A stretch of DNA of 64,000 nucleotides from contig CAVUAG010000016.1 in assembly GCA_963739365.1 (NCBI GenBank), positions 160,240 to 224,239 on the forward strand, in the 5' to 3' direction. Both the position numbers and the translations under genes were made by a program. Source of the stretch: an uncultured Chloroflexia bacterium (GTDB lineage: Bacteria > Chloroflexota > Limnocylindria > Limnocylindrales > CSP1-4). Positions 46,824-56,124 of this stretch are shown in pieces. The notes beneath the pieces were generated by a model. It saw only the letters and a list, made by a program, of their open reading frames with translations. It was not told the origin of the DNA and did not search any database. Position 1 is the stretch's first letter. Each line of letters starts with the position of its first letter.

Positions 46824-46958
46824 CCCCGACACGGTCCGTGAAAGGAATCCCGGTGGAGCACGCTCCGTTCGATGCCCCGAATGCCGCCGGGACCCGAATC
46901 GGTCCCCGAGCGCAGGGCGGTCGGAGCGGAATCCTTCCATGGAGTCGGCCGTGTCGGG
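46824..46958 (+). repeat. long-hairpin repeat, copy E (most diverged)
   Basis: CCCCGACACGGTCCGTGAAAGGAATCCCGGTGGAGCACGCTCCGTTCG...GGAATCCTTCCATGGAGTCGGCCGTGTCGGG. Flanked by 34-nt direct repeats at 46750-46783 and 46982-47015. Confidence 0.75.
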
Positions 46959-47001
46959 CTCGCCACGGACGTTGGGATGCAGGCAACCGCGTCGCGGGCG
47001 T

Positions 47002-47030
47002 TTGACGGCGGCGCGCCTCGGGTGTACAAA
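47002..47030 (+). promoter_or_regulatory. promoter upstream of the TPR gene
   Basis: TTGACG 47002-47007, 17-nt spacer, TACAAA 47025-47030. The -35 lies inside the right-hand direct repeat. Confidence 0.5.
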
Positions 47031-47056
47031 CGTCAGTCGCGCACCTCGTCCGCAGT

Positions 47057-47959
47057 TTGATCCGGCGTGCCCAGCGCCGACCCGAAAGGACTCGTCCTCC
47101 CGTGACCTTCCCCGAGCTCGAGCAGACGGCGCCGAGCGCCCCCAGTCTCTCCCGGATCAAGCGGACGTTGACCGAGCAGGCGATCGCCGCGGCGACCGCC
47201 GCCTCCTGGGAGGAAGCGGCCGAGATCAACCGGAAGCTCATCGAGTACGGGCCCGAGGCCGAGGCCGAGAACCGCCTCGCCAAGGCGCTCTGGGAGATGG
47301 GCGACCTTGGCGGCGCCCGCGAGCACTACCAGAAGGCGCTGGCGCTCGATCCCACCAGCCGGATCGCCGAGCGCAACATCGATCGCCTCAAGCTCCTGAT
47401 GGTCGAGGCCGGCGACCGCACGGTGGCGGCCGACCCGACGAGCAAGGCGCCCGTCTCCATCTTCGTCGAGGAGACCGGCAAGACCGGCTTCGCGCACCTC
47501 ATGGAGCTCGCACGCCCGAAGGTCCTGGCCCAGGTGAACCCGGGCGACGCCGTCGAGCTCGTGGCCGAGGGCAAGCACCTCATCGCGTTCTCGAACGGGA
47601 TCCGGGTCGGCGTGGTGGAGCCCAGGGTCGCCGCGCGCCTCCTGAAGCTCGTGGCCAACGGCAACAAGTACGCGGCCGGCGTGACCTCGCTCGGGGCGCA
47701 GGACGTCCGGATCATCATCCGCGAGATCTACCAGGATCCGCGCAACTACGGCAAGGTGAGCTTCCCGACGGCCGCCCGGTCCGGCGACCTCCGCCCGTAC
47801 ACGAAGGGCACCCTCCTGCGCGAGGACGAGGACCTCGAGGAGGACCTCGAGGACGACATCGAGGACGAGGAGATCGAGGACCTCGATCGCGTCATCCCCG
47901 CCGAGGTCACCCCTGACGAGGCCTTCGAGGAGGAGACGGACGAGCTCGACGAGCCGTAG
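47057..47959 (+). CDS. TPR-containing protein with a beta-rich middle domain and acidic tail
   Basis: Track ORF 47057..47959 (TTG start; GTG 47102 is an alternative). TPR-like: WEEAAEINRKLIEYGPEAEAENRLAKALWEMGDLGGAREHYQKALALDP. Then VNPGDAVELVAEGKHLIAFSNGIRVGVVEPRVAARLLKLVANGNKYAAGV. Tail: EDEDLEEDLEDDIEDEEIEDLD. Confidence 0.65.
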   Translation: MIRRAQRRPERTRPPVTFPELEQTAPSAPSLSRIKRTLTEQAIAAATAASWEEAAEINRKLIEYGPEAEAENRLAKALWEMGDLGGAREHYQKALALDPTSRIAERNIDRLKLLMVEAGDRTVAADPTSKAPVSIFVEETGKTGFAHLMELARPKVLAQVNPGDAVELVAEGKHLIAFSNGIRVGVVEPRVAARLLKLVANGNKYAAGVTSLGAQDVRIIIREIYQDPRNYGKVSFPTAARSGDLRPYTKGTLLREDEDLEEDLEDDIEDEEIEDLDRVIPAEVTPDEAFEEETDELDEP

Positions 47960-48034
47960 TCCGAACGGCCGGCGCCCGACGCGCCGCTGGCCGGAGCGGA
48001 GCCGCGGGCCCGTGCGCCGTGCGAATCCTCTCCC

Positions 48035-50857
48035 ATGACACCCCGGGACATCGCGGGTCGACCCGCCGAGCCGCTCTCGCTCCCGATCTTCTCGCGGCTC
48101 GCCCCCGCCCTGCCCGCGGACCTGATCGCGGCCCGGATCGAGGCTGCCACCGCCCCTGACGACGTCGTCATCGACCTGTTCGGGCGCGGCGGCTGGGTGG
48201 CGCGCACGGCGCTCGCGCTCGGCCGGCGGGCCATCTCCCTTGAGACGTCGCCTCTCAGCCGCCTCCTCGCCGACGTGGTCGTCCGGGCGCCGGACCTGCG
48301 CCATCTCGATGCCGCATTCCAGGCGGTGGCCGCTGCGCCCCTCGGGACGTCGAGCCTGCGGGCGTGGATCGACGAACGGTTCGCGACGGCCTGCCCGACG
48401 TGCGGCCGGACGCTCGCCCTCGAGGAGCTGGTCTGGGAGCCGGCCGACGGCCGGACGGGGCGCGTGGCGGGCGGTCGGACGGGGCGCGGCGCCGCCGGAC
48501 CGGCCAACGCAGTGACGGGCACGACCGCCGGCGCGCTGCGGCCGACCCGGCGCTCCTTCCGCTGCCCGGCCTGCCTCGACCGGCGCGGTCGGGGCGGCGA
48601 GCTACGGCACGCGGCGCCGGAGGAGGCCGACCTCGCTCTCGCGACGGCGCTTGACGACGATCCTGTGGCGCGCGAGGAGATTGCTCGCCGCTTCCCGCTC
48701 CGGGACGATCCCGGCGGCCTGCTCGAGCAGCTGCTCGACCTGCACTCGTCGCGCCAGCTCGGAGCCCTCCAGGCGATCCTCGCCCGGATCGAGGGTGAGC
48801 TGCGGGCTTCCCAGGTGACGTCGGCCCTCCGTCTCGCCCTGGTCCATGCCATCCTCCCGTCGAGCCGCCTCACCGGGTACCCCGGCAGGGCCAGCGCGCT
48901 GCGCATCGCCGACGGCCGGGTCCGCCCGTCAGGGGCGCCCGGATGGCGCGAGCGCAACCCCTGGCGCGCCTTCGAGGAGGGCTACCAGCTGGTGCGGGCC
49001 TTCGTGCAGGCGCTCGACGACGGCCCGTACGGGGCCGTGCAGGCTCGCCTCACCGAGCCCCTCGAGGGCCTCCTCGACGGTCCGCCGATGATCGCCCTGC
49101 GGGTCGGCGGGGGCGATGCCCTCGAGCGGCTCGGTGCCGAGGCCGAGGCGCTCACGGCCGCCCAGCGCGCGCGGGTCCGCCTCGTGCTGTCACAGCCACT
49201 CCCCGAATGGACCCCGGGCCGCCTCGCCGAAGCGTTCGTGGTCACTGCCTGGGGGCTCGGCAGCGAGGCGGCGCGCCTCGTGCCCTATGCGTCGCTCCTC
49301 GACCGCGAGGCCCGGCCCCCGAGCCGCGCAGGTGCATTGCGGGCTGCCCTCGACGCGGTGGCCCCGGCGATGGGACCGGACGGCACGGGCGTGGTCCTCC
49401 TGGACGCCGACGGGGCACCCGGCCTCGTGGCCACGGGCCTGGCGGGCGCGACTGCCGGCTGGCGCGTGGCGGGAGCCCGGCTGGCGGAGCCCGGCCGGCT
49501 GCCGGGCGGCATCGCGGAGATGGTCCCCCCCGGCGGCCGCCTGGGCGCGGCGCCCCGGACGCGGGCCAACCGCACCCTGGCCCCGGCTCCGGGCGGGGTC
49601 GGCGACCCGGCGGTTGTCACGGCGCGTGGCGTCTTCGGCGGTCCGGTCCCGATCGACGGGCGCTTCTCCCTCTCGGAGCTCAACCGGGTGGTCACCGAGA
49701 CGGCGGTGGCTGCGCTCCAGGCCCGGGGCGAGCCGGCCGACGGCCAGCATCTCATCGGGGAGCTGCTCGTGGCCCTGGATCGGAGCGGGCAGCTGCGGCG
49801 CTTCGCCGTCGCCGCGGCCCGCCACGCAGAGAGCGCCGCAGCGGAGCGTGGCGTGGCCGAGAGCGCCGCCGACGAGCGTGCTGCCGCGGGGTCGCTGGGC
49901 GACGCGCTCGCGCTCGGCGACGCGATGGGCCGCGTGCCCGACGCCCCCGCGAGCGACGCGGGCGATCCCACGAACCGCGCCGCGACCGAGCTCCTGGCGC
50001 TCATCGAGGGCGAGCTCGGGCGGCCCGACCAGCGCAGGATCGCCCCATCCGAGGGCGGTCGCTACTGGCTGCGCGACCCGCGCGACGAGGCCGAGGCGGC
50101 GGTGCCGCTTTCCGACCGGCTGGAGTGGGCCGTGTACAGCCTGCTCGGGACCGGGGCCTCGGTTCCGGAAGCGGCCGTGCGCGCACGCGTCGAGGAGATG
50201 TTCCTGGGTCCCGACGCCCCCGACCCGTGGCTGGTGGACGCCTGCCTGGCGAGCTACGGCGTGCCCGCCCCGGGCGATGGGCGGCTCGTCGCCCGCGACG
50301 ATCTCCAGGCCCGAACCCATGAGCACGCGGCGACGATCGGTCTCCTGGCCGACCTGGGACACCGCCTGGGCGTCCATGTCTACATCTCCCCACGCGAGCA
50401 GGGCCGGCGCGCCGGGGCCGGGCCGCTGGGCGCCAGACTCCTTCCCGACGAGCGCGACCCGGTCCTCGGCTTCCTCGGCCGCTCGGGTGCGGATGCGCTG
50501 GAGCAGGTGGACTGCTGCTGGTACGTGCGGCCCCGTTTCGCCTTCCTGTTCGAGGTGGAGTGGACCGCGATGCTCGGCGAGCCGGTCCTGCGCCGCGGAC
50601 GCGGAATCCAGGCGGACGAGCGGATCGTTCGCTTCCTCGTGCTCCCCGCGGAACGGGTGGAGCTGCTGCGGAGCAAGCTCGAGCACTCCCCGGTCCTTCG
50701 CGCGGCCATGGCCACCGGCAATTGGCACGTGCTGCGGATGGACGCCCTGGACCGCTTCGCAGCCCGGCCGAGCCCGGCCCTCGGCGAGCTGGAGCCGTAC
50801 CTCGGCCTGGACCCGGTGGCGGACCGCCCCGACCAGCTGCCCCTGTTCGAGGCCTGA
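48035..50857 (+). CDS. 940-aa conserved-looking hypothetical protein (degenerate MTase-like N-terminus, CxxC...CxxC ribbon, nuclease-like C-terminus)
   Basis: Track ORF 48035..50857, uninterrupted. DVVIDLFGRGGWVARTALALGRRAISLETSP resembles the FxGxG/GR..IG.E block of N4/N6 DNA methylases. CPTCGR...FRCPACL. C-terminus: LEQVDCCWYVRPRFAFLFEVEWTAMLGEPVLRR...IVRFLVLPAERV. I saw no NPPY/DPPY-type motif and no Walker A. Confidence 0.6.
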   Translation: MTPRDIAGRPAEPLSLPIFSRLAPALPADLIAARIEAATAPDDVVIDLFGRGGWVARTALALGRRAISLETSPLSRLLADVVVRAPDLRHLDAAFQAVAAAPLGTSSLRAWIDERFATACPTCGRTLALEELVWEPADGRTGRVAGGRTGRGAAGPANAVTGTTAGALRPTRRSFRCPACLDRRGRGGELRHAAPEEADLALATALDDDPVAREEIARRFPLRDDPGGLLEQLLDLHSSRQLGALQAILARIEGELRASQVTSALRLALVHAILPSSRLTGYPGRASALRIADGRVRPSGAPGWRERNPWRAFEEGYQLVRAFVQALDDGPYGAVQARLTEPLEGLLDGPPMIALRVGGGDALERLGAEAEALTAAQRARVRLVLSQPLPEWTPGRLAEAFVVTAWGLGSEAARLVPYASLLDREARPPSRAGALRAALDAVAPAMGPDGTGVVLLDADGAPGLVATGLAGATAGWRVAGARLAEPGRLPGGIAEMVPPGGRLGAAPRTRANRTLAPAPGGVGDPAVVTARGVFGGPVPIDGRFSLSELNRVVTETAVAALQARGEPADGQHLIGELLVALDRSGQLRRFAVAAARHAESAAAERGVAESAADERAAAGSLGDALALGDAMGRVPDAPASDAGDPTNRAATELLALIEGELGRPDQRRIAPSEGGRYWLRDPRDEAEAAVPLSDRLEWAVYSLLGTGASVPEAAVRARVEEMFLGPDAPDPWLVDACLASYGVPAPGDGRLVARDDLQARTHEHAATIGLLADLGHRLGVHVYISPREQGRRAGAGPLGARLLPDERDPVLGFLGRSGADALEQVDCCWYVRPRFAFLFEVEWTAMLGEPVLRRGRGIQADERIVRFLVLPAERVELLRSKLEHSPVLRAAMATGNWHVLRMDALDRFAARPSPALGELEPYLGLDPVADRPDQLPLFEA

Positions 50858-50886
50858 TCGGGCAGGCGTCGCACGGGCGGCGCCGG

Positions 50887-50898
50887 TACGCTACGCGC
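50887..50898 (+). promoter_or_regulatory. -10 element with leaderless geometry for DUF885 gene 1
   Basis: TACGCT 50887-50892, then 6 nt, then ATG 50899. Confidence 0.4.
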
Positions 50899-52548
50899 AT
50901 GACCACTTCCTCCGCACTTGCCGATCTCTGTGCCCGCACCTGGGAACGGACGCTCGAGCTGAACCCCACGCTGGCCACCATCTGCGGCGACGAGCGCTAC
51001 GACGACCGCCTGGACGACCCGGGTCCCGCCGGACGAAGCGCTCGCCGTGCGCTCGCGGAAGAGGCCCGCGCCGGCGCGCTGGCCCTCGACCCGGCCGACC
51101 TCGACGAAGAGGAGCGGATCTCGCGGGATCTCCTGGCCCTCATCGCCGGGCAGGAGATTGCCGATCACGACCTGCGCGACGACCTGATCGGCGCGGTCGG
51201 CCAGCAGGGCCACCAGTCGCTCCTGCCGCACCTCGTCCAGCTCCAGCGGGTCGACACGCCCGAGCGGTTCGATCGGCTCCTTGCCCGCATCGAGGCCTAC
51301 CCGGCCCTGACCGACGCGGTGATCGACCTGCTGGACGAAGGACGTTCGGCCGGTCTGACGGTCGCCCGCGTGGTGGCGGACCGGGTCGTCCACCAGGTGG
51401 AGCGGCTCCTGGCCGGCTCCGCGGCCGCCTCGCCGGTCGTCACCGTGCCGGCGCTCGCGGACGAGGCCGACCGGACCCGCCTCCTCGACGCGGTCGAACG
51501 GCACGTGCGCCCGGCCGACGCGCGCTATCTCGAGGCGCTGCGGGACTACCTCCCGGCCACCCGCGAGGAGCCCGGCCTCTGCGCGCTGCCCGACGGCGAC
51601 GCCCGCTACGCGGCGAAGGTGCGCGCCTACACGAGCCTGGACGTCAGCCCGGCCGAGCTGCACCGGGTCGGCCTCGAGGAGCTCGAGGGGATCGAGGCGG
51701 AGCGGCGGGCGATCGCCGGCGCCGCCGGCTTCGGCGACGACACGGCCGCCTACCGGAGGGCGATGAACGCCGACCCGGCGCAGATCCCGGCGACCCCCGA
51801 GGCGCTGGTTGCGCGCTGCCAGGAGGACGTCGAGCGGGCGCTCGTTGCGGCCCCGCGCTGGTTCTCGCGCCTGCCGCAGACGAGCTGCGAGGTCCGCCGT
51901 GTCGAGCCGCTCCTCGAGAAGGACGCTCCGGGGGCCTACTACTACCCGCCTACGCTCGACGGCTCGCGACCCGGCATCTATTTCGTGAACGCCTACGACC
52001 TGCCCAGCCGGACCTACTGGACGGCGGCATCGACCACCTACCACGAGGCCATCCCCGGGCATCACTTCCAGCTGGCCCTCGAGATGGAGCTGACGGGGCT
52101 CCCCGCCTTCCGGACCCTGGGCTACTGGCCGCAGGGCACGGCGTACGTGGAGGGCTGGGCGCTCTACACGGAGCGGGTCGCCGACGAGGCGGGCCTCTTC
52201 CGGAGCGAGGCCGAGCGGTTCGGCATGCTGGACAGCCAGGCCCTGCGGGCGGTCCGCCTGGTCGTGGACACCGGCCTGCACGCCTTTGGCTGGAGCCGGG
52301 AGAAGGCCTTCGAAACGATGGTCGCGGCGGGGATCCACCCGACCGATGCCTCGATCGAGACCGACCGCTACATTGCCTGGCCCGGCCAGGCCCTGGCCTA
52401 CATGACCGGCCGCCGCGAGATCGAGCAGCTGAGACGGGAGCGGACGGCCCGCGAGGGCGGGGCCTTCGACATCCGGCTCTTCCACGACGACGTCCTGCGC
52501 CACGGCAAGCTCCCGCTGCGCATCCTGCGCGACGTCGTGCTGGCCTGA
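50899..52548 (+). CDS. DUF885 family protein (metallopeptidase-like), paralog 1
   Basis: Within track ORF 50560..52548, from MTTSSALADL. TTYHEAIPGHHFQLAL...AYVEGWALYTERV...ETDRYIAWPGQALAYMTG. Confidence 0.85.
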   Translation: MTTSSALADLCARTWERTLELNPTLATICGDERYDDRLDDPGPAGRSARRALAEEARAGALALDPADLDEEERISRDLLALIAGQEIADHDLRDDLIGAVGQQGHQSLLPHLVQLQRVDTPERFDRLLARIEAYPALTDAVIDLLDEGRSAGLTVARVVADRVVHQVERLLAGSAAASPVVTVPALADEADRTRLLDAVERHVRPADARYLEALRDYLPATREEPGLCALPDGDARYAAKVRAYTSLDVSPAELHRVGLEELEGIEAERRAIAGAAGFGDDTAAYRRAMNADPAQIPATPEALVARCQEDVERALVAAPRWFSRLPQTSCEVRRVEPLLEKDAPGAYYYPPTLDGSRPGIYFVNAYDLPSRTYWTAASTTYHEAIPGHHFQLALEMELTGLPAFRTLGYWPQGTAYVEGWALYTERVADEAGLFRSEAERFGMLDSQALRAVRLVVDTGLHAFGWSREKAFETMVAAGIHPTDASIETDRYIAWPGQALAYMTGRREIEQLRRERTAREGGAFDIRLFHDDVLRHGKLPLRILRDVVLA

Positions 52549-52591
52549 ACCGCCCGCCCTGCCTCACCACCCCGCCCGCCGCTCGTCCGTC

Positions 52592-54298
52592 ATGGAGGAC
52601 CTGATGACGCCGCCCGACCACGCCGCTGCCGTCAACGCGCTCGCCGACCGCTTCTGGGAGGTGGTCCTGGAGGAGTCGCCCCTCACGGCGACGGTCTACG
52701 GCGACGACCGCTACGACGATCGCCTGCCGGACATCTCCGCCACGGGACGGGCAAAGGCCCGCGCCCACCGCGAGGCGGCGCTCGTCGAGCTCGCCGCGAT
52801 CCCGGTCGACGACCTCCCGACGGAGGAGCGGATCACCCACGACATGCTGCGGGTCGTGTGCGAGCTCGGGATCCGCGCCGACGACCTGCGGATGGACGTC
52901 ATCGCCAGCGTCGACCAGATGGACGGGCCGCAGGCCCTGCTTCCCCAGCTGGTGCAGATCCAGCGGGCGGACACGCCAGACCGGCTGGAGAAGCTGCTGG
53001 CCCGCTACGCGGCGTTCCCGACATACATCGACGCCGCCATCGCGATCATGGAGGAGGGCCGGGCCGACGGGAGCACCGCCGCCCGGCTCGTGGCGGATCG
53101 CGTGATCGCCCAGACGGAGCGGCTCCTCGGAGCTCCCGTCGCCGAGTCCGCGCCCGTCCGGCTCCCGCAGCTCGACCCCGCCGCCGAGGCCGAGGGCCGG
53201 GCCCGCCTGGAGGCCGCGGTGGGGCGCGACGTCCGGCCTGCGCTCGTCCGCTATCTGGAGGCGGTGCGGGGCCCGTACCTGGCCGCGACGCGCGACGAGC
53301 CCGGGCTCTGGTCCGCGCCCCGCGGCGAGGAGCGCTACCGGGCGGCCATCCTCCAGTGGACGACGCTCGACCTCGACCCGGCCGAGATCCACGAGGTCGG
53401 CCTCGCGGAGCTCGCGGCGATCCAGGATGAGCAGCGCGCCATCGCCCGGGCGGCGGGCTTCGGCGAGGACATCGACGCCTACCGTTCAGCGCTCCACGCC
53501 GACCCGTCCAACCGGGTCGCGACGAAGGCCGAGCTCGTGGCCCGCGCCACCGAGGACATCGGGCGGGCCCATGCGCAGGCGCCGCGTGCCTTTGGGCGCC
53601 TTCCCCGCGCCGCCTGCGAGGTGCGGGCGGTGGAAGAGTTCCTGGAGGCGGACGCGCCGTTCGCCTTCTACTATCCTCCGGCGCTCGACGGGTCGCGCCC
53701 CGGGATCTACTTCGTGAACGCCGGCGACCTGCCGAGCCGGTACCTCTCGAACCTCGCGACCACGACCTACCACGAGGCCGTCCCGGGCCATCACTTCCAG
53801 ATCACCCTGGAGATGGAGCACCCTTCGCTGCCCGCGTTCCGGCGTCTCGGCTCGCGGGCCGTCGGGTCCGCCTACGCGGAGGGCTGGGGCCTCTACTCGG
53901 AGCGTCTCGCCGACGAGCTGGGCCTCTACCGGAACGAGGGGGAGCGCTTCGGGATGCTGGGTGGCCAGGCGTGGCGGGCCGCCCGGCTCGTCGTTGACAC
54001 CGGGATCCACGCGCTCCGCAAGGATCGCGAATGGGGCGTGGACGTGCTCCGCCGAGCGGGGCTGACGGAGACCGATGCAGCCATCGAGACCGACCGCTAC
54101 GTCGTGTGGCCCGGTCAGGCGCTGACCTACAAGGTCGGCCAGCGCCAGATCGAGCGACTGCGTGCGGAGCTGACCGCGCGCGACGGCGCCGGGTTCGACC
54201 TCCGCGAGTTCCACGACGCGCTGCTGGGCCACGGGTCGCTGCCGCTGGCCACGCTCGCGCGCGAGGTGCCGCGCTGGGTTGCGCCGAGGGCGGAGTAG
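52592..54298 (+). CDS. DUF885 family protein, paralog 2
   Basis: Track ORF 52592..54298: TTYHEAVPGHHFQITL...AYAEGWGLYSERL...ETDRYVVWPGQALTYKVG. Confidence 0.85.
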   Translation: MEDLMTPPDHAAAVNALADRFWEVVLEESPLTATVYGDDRYDDRLPDISATGRAKARAHREAALVELAAIPVDDLPTEERITHDMLRVVCELGIRADDLRMDVIASVDQMDGPQALLPQLVQIQRADTPDRLEKLLARYAAFPTYIDAAIAIMEEGRADGSTAARLVADRVIAQTERLLGAPVAESAPVRLPQLDPAAEAEGRARLEAAVGRDVRPALVRYLEAVRGPYLAATRDEPGLWSAPRGEERYRAAILQWTTLDLDPAEIHEVGLAELAAIQDEQRAIARAAGFGEDIDAYRSALHADPSNRVATKAELVARATEDIGRAHAQAPRAFGRLPRAACEVRAVEEFLEADAPFAFYYPPALDGSRPGIYFVNAGDLPSRYLSNLATTTYHEAVPGHHFQITLEMEHPSLPAFRRLGSRAVGSAYAEGWGLYSERLADELGLYRNEGERFGMLGGQAWRAARLVVDTGIHALRKDREWGVDVLRRAGLTETDAAIETDRYVVWPGQALTYKVGQRQIERLRAELTARDGAGFDLREFHDALLGHGSLPLATLAREVPRWVAPRAE

Positions 54299-54339
54299 GG
54301 GAGGCGGGCGCGCCCCCGGGGCACCCTGCCCGCGAGGCG

Positions 54340-55074
54340 CTACCCGCGGCGGGCCAGGATCCGCCAGGTGACCGCGAAGGCGCCCACGGCCCACAGCGCC
54401 AGCATGCCGTAGGCGCCCACGGTGAGCGGGAAGGCCTGCGGAGCCAGCGTCCCGCGAAGGACCTCGCCCATGGCCTGGATCGGCAGCACCGAGTGCAGGG
54501 TGGCGAGCCAGTCGGGCATGCGCTCGGCCGGGAAGTTGAGCGGGCTGAACATGAACACCAGCACCACCAGGACCTGGCTCATGAGGTTCGCCATCAGCGG
54601 CGGCAGGACCGCGGCCATGCCGTAGCCGACCGCGGTTGCCGTGAGGACGACGAGGATGACGGACGGGATGACGAGGGGGCTGGGTGCCAGCGGCAGGTCG
54701 AACCACAGCGCGGCGATGACGACGCCGAAGACGACGCCCGGCAGGACGATCGCAAGCTGCACCGTGAGGTCCGCCAGCAGGTAGACCACCCGCGGGATGG
54801 GGAGCGTGCGCATGTAGTCCAGGGTGCCCTCGGTCTTGGCCGAGGCCACCATCTGGGGCACTGCGACGAGGCCCATCGTGATCAGCGTGATCGCGGGTGC
54901 ACCGGTCGCGAGGTAGAGGATCGTCGTCTCGTCCATCTGCGGGAAGAGGAGCGGCAGGCCGACGACGATGCCGAGCGAGAAGAGCGCCTGGATGACGATC
55001 GCAAAGGGCAGGAAGCCCTTGGACCGGAGCCCCTGCCACTTCACGAGCAACAGGTAGCTACGCAGCGCGGACAC
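54340..55074 (-). CDS. ABC-2 type transporter permease
   Basis: Track ORF 54340..55074(-): six hydrophobic spans and typical ABC-2 exporter length. 17-nt overlap with the upstream ATPase gene. Confidence 0.8.
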   Translation of the reverse strand: MSALRSYLLLVKWQGLRSKGFLPFAIVIQALFSLGIVVGLPLLFPQMDETTILYLATGAPAITLITMGLVAVPQMVASAKTEGTLDYMRTLPIPRVVYLLADLTVQLAIVLPGVVFGVVIAALWFDLPLAPSPLVIPSVILVVLTATAVGYGMAAVLPPLMANLMSQVLVVLVFMFSPLNFPAERMPDWLATLHSVLPIQAMGEVLRGTLAPQAFPLTVGAYGMLALWAVGAFAVTWRILARRG

Positions 55075-56083
55075 GGGCGACCTCCTTCGGCGCGGCCCCT
55101 GCCGGGCCCCCAGGATCGGTTGCAGCGTCGGCTCTCGCAGGGGCGCCGCCGTTGCCGTTCACCAGGGCGTCGGCCCTGCCGACCAGCTCGACGTAGACGT
55201 CCTCGAGGGTGGCCGGACCGAGGCGATACTCCTCGACCACGCCGGAGCGCTTCAGCCCTTCAGCCCAGCCGACCGCCTGGGCCGTCGCGGCCGCGTGGAC
55301 GGCAGCCACGTGGCGCTGGCCGGCGCCGACCGCGTGGACGACGAAGTCCGGCATCGGCGGCGCTTCCACGCCCGGCTCCAGGACGAGCTCCAGGCGGATA
55401 TCGCCCGCGACGCGCTCCTTGAGCTGGGCGGGAGTCCCCGTCTCGATGACAACGCCGTGATCGAGGATGGACAGGCGGTCGACGGCCCGTTCGGCTTCGA
55501 CGACGTTGTGCGTGACCAGGAGCACGGCGGCCCCTTCGTCGCCCATGGCCCTGACCTGGCGCCACAGGAGGCGCCGGCGCACCGGATCGACGTCGTTGGT
55601 CGGCTCGTCGAAGACGACCAGCCGGCCCGGGACGACGGCGGCCATGGCGAACGACACGAGGCGCTTCACGCCACCTGACAGCTTCCTGCCGTCATGGTCC
55701 ATCCACTCCCCGATGTCGAGCGCCTCAGCGAGCGTTGCCGACCGCTCGCGGACGTGGGCGCGGCTGCCGCCGCGGATCCTGCCCACGAGCTCGATCGCCT
55801 GGCGGGGAGTCAGGCCATCGAGGGGCACCTGGGCCTGGGGCTGGATGGAGCACGCCCGGCGGGCGAAGGCAGGGTCGGCGACGACGTCGCACCCATCGAT
55901 GCTGATCGCCCCGGCATCCGGGCGAAGCAGCCCGACGACCTGGTTGACGAGCGTGGTCTTGCCGGCACCGTTGTGGCCGAGGAGGCCATAGACCTCGCCC
56001 GCCTCGACCGCGAGGTCGATGCCGGCGTTGGCGCGGGCGCCCCTCCGGTAGGTCTTGGTGAGGCCGGTGATCTCGAGGAGCAT
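55058..56083 (-). CDS. ABC transporter ATP-binding protein
   Basis: Within track ORF 55058..56143(-), from MLLEITGLTKTYRRG. GLLGHNGAGKTT (Walker A), LSGGVKRLVSFA (signature), LVVFDEPT (Walker B). Confidence 0.9.
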   Translation of the reverse strand: MLLEITGLTKTYRRGARANAGIDLAVEAGEVYGLLGHNGAGKTTLVNQVVGLLRPDAGAISIDGCDVVADPAFARRACSIQPQAQVPLDGLTPRQAIELVGRIRGGSRAHVRERSATLAEALDIGEWMDHDGRKLSGGVKRLVSFAMAAVVPGRLVVFDEPTNDVDPVRRRLLWRQVRAMGDEGAAVLLVTHNVVEAERAVDRLSILDHGVVIETGTPAQLKERVAGDIRLELVLEPGVEAPPMPDFVVHAVGAGQRHVAAVHAAATAQAVGWAEGLKRSGVVEEYRLGPATLEDVYVELVGRADALVNGNGGAPARADAATDPGGPAGAAPKEVARVRAA

Positions 56084-56124
56084 GCGGGGTGCCTCCGGAG
56101 TCGCGAGGGCCGTTGAGGACAACT

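Noticed and set aside
21367-46940. Small M-K-G... peptides apparently conserved in the hairpin repeats on both strands (for example MQGFRLDHAPFGAQ, MKGIPVERAPFEAR, MKGSATHHAPLGAR)
   Set aside because: The similarity is a by-product of the palindromic arms, because CCATGAAAGG reads ATG-AAA-GG on both strands. Beyond ~15 codons the frames, lengths and stops all differ between copies.
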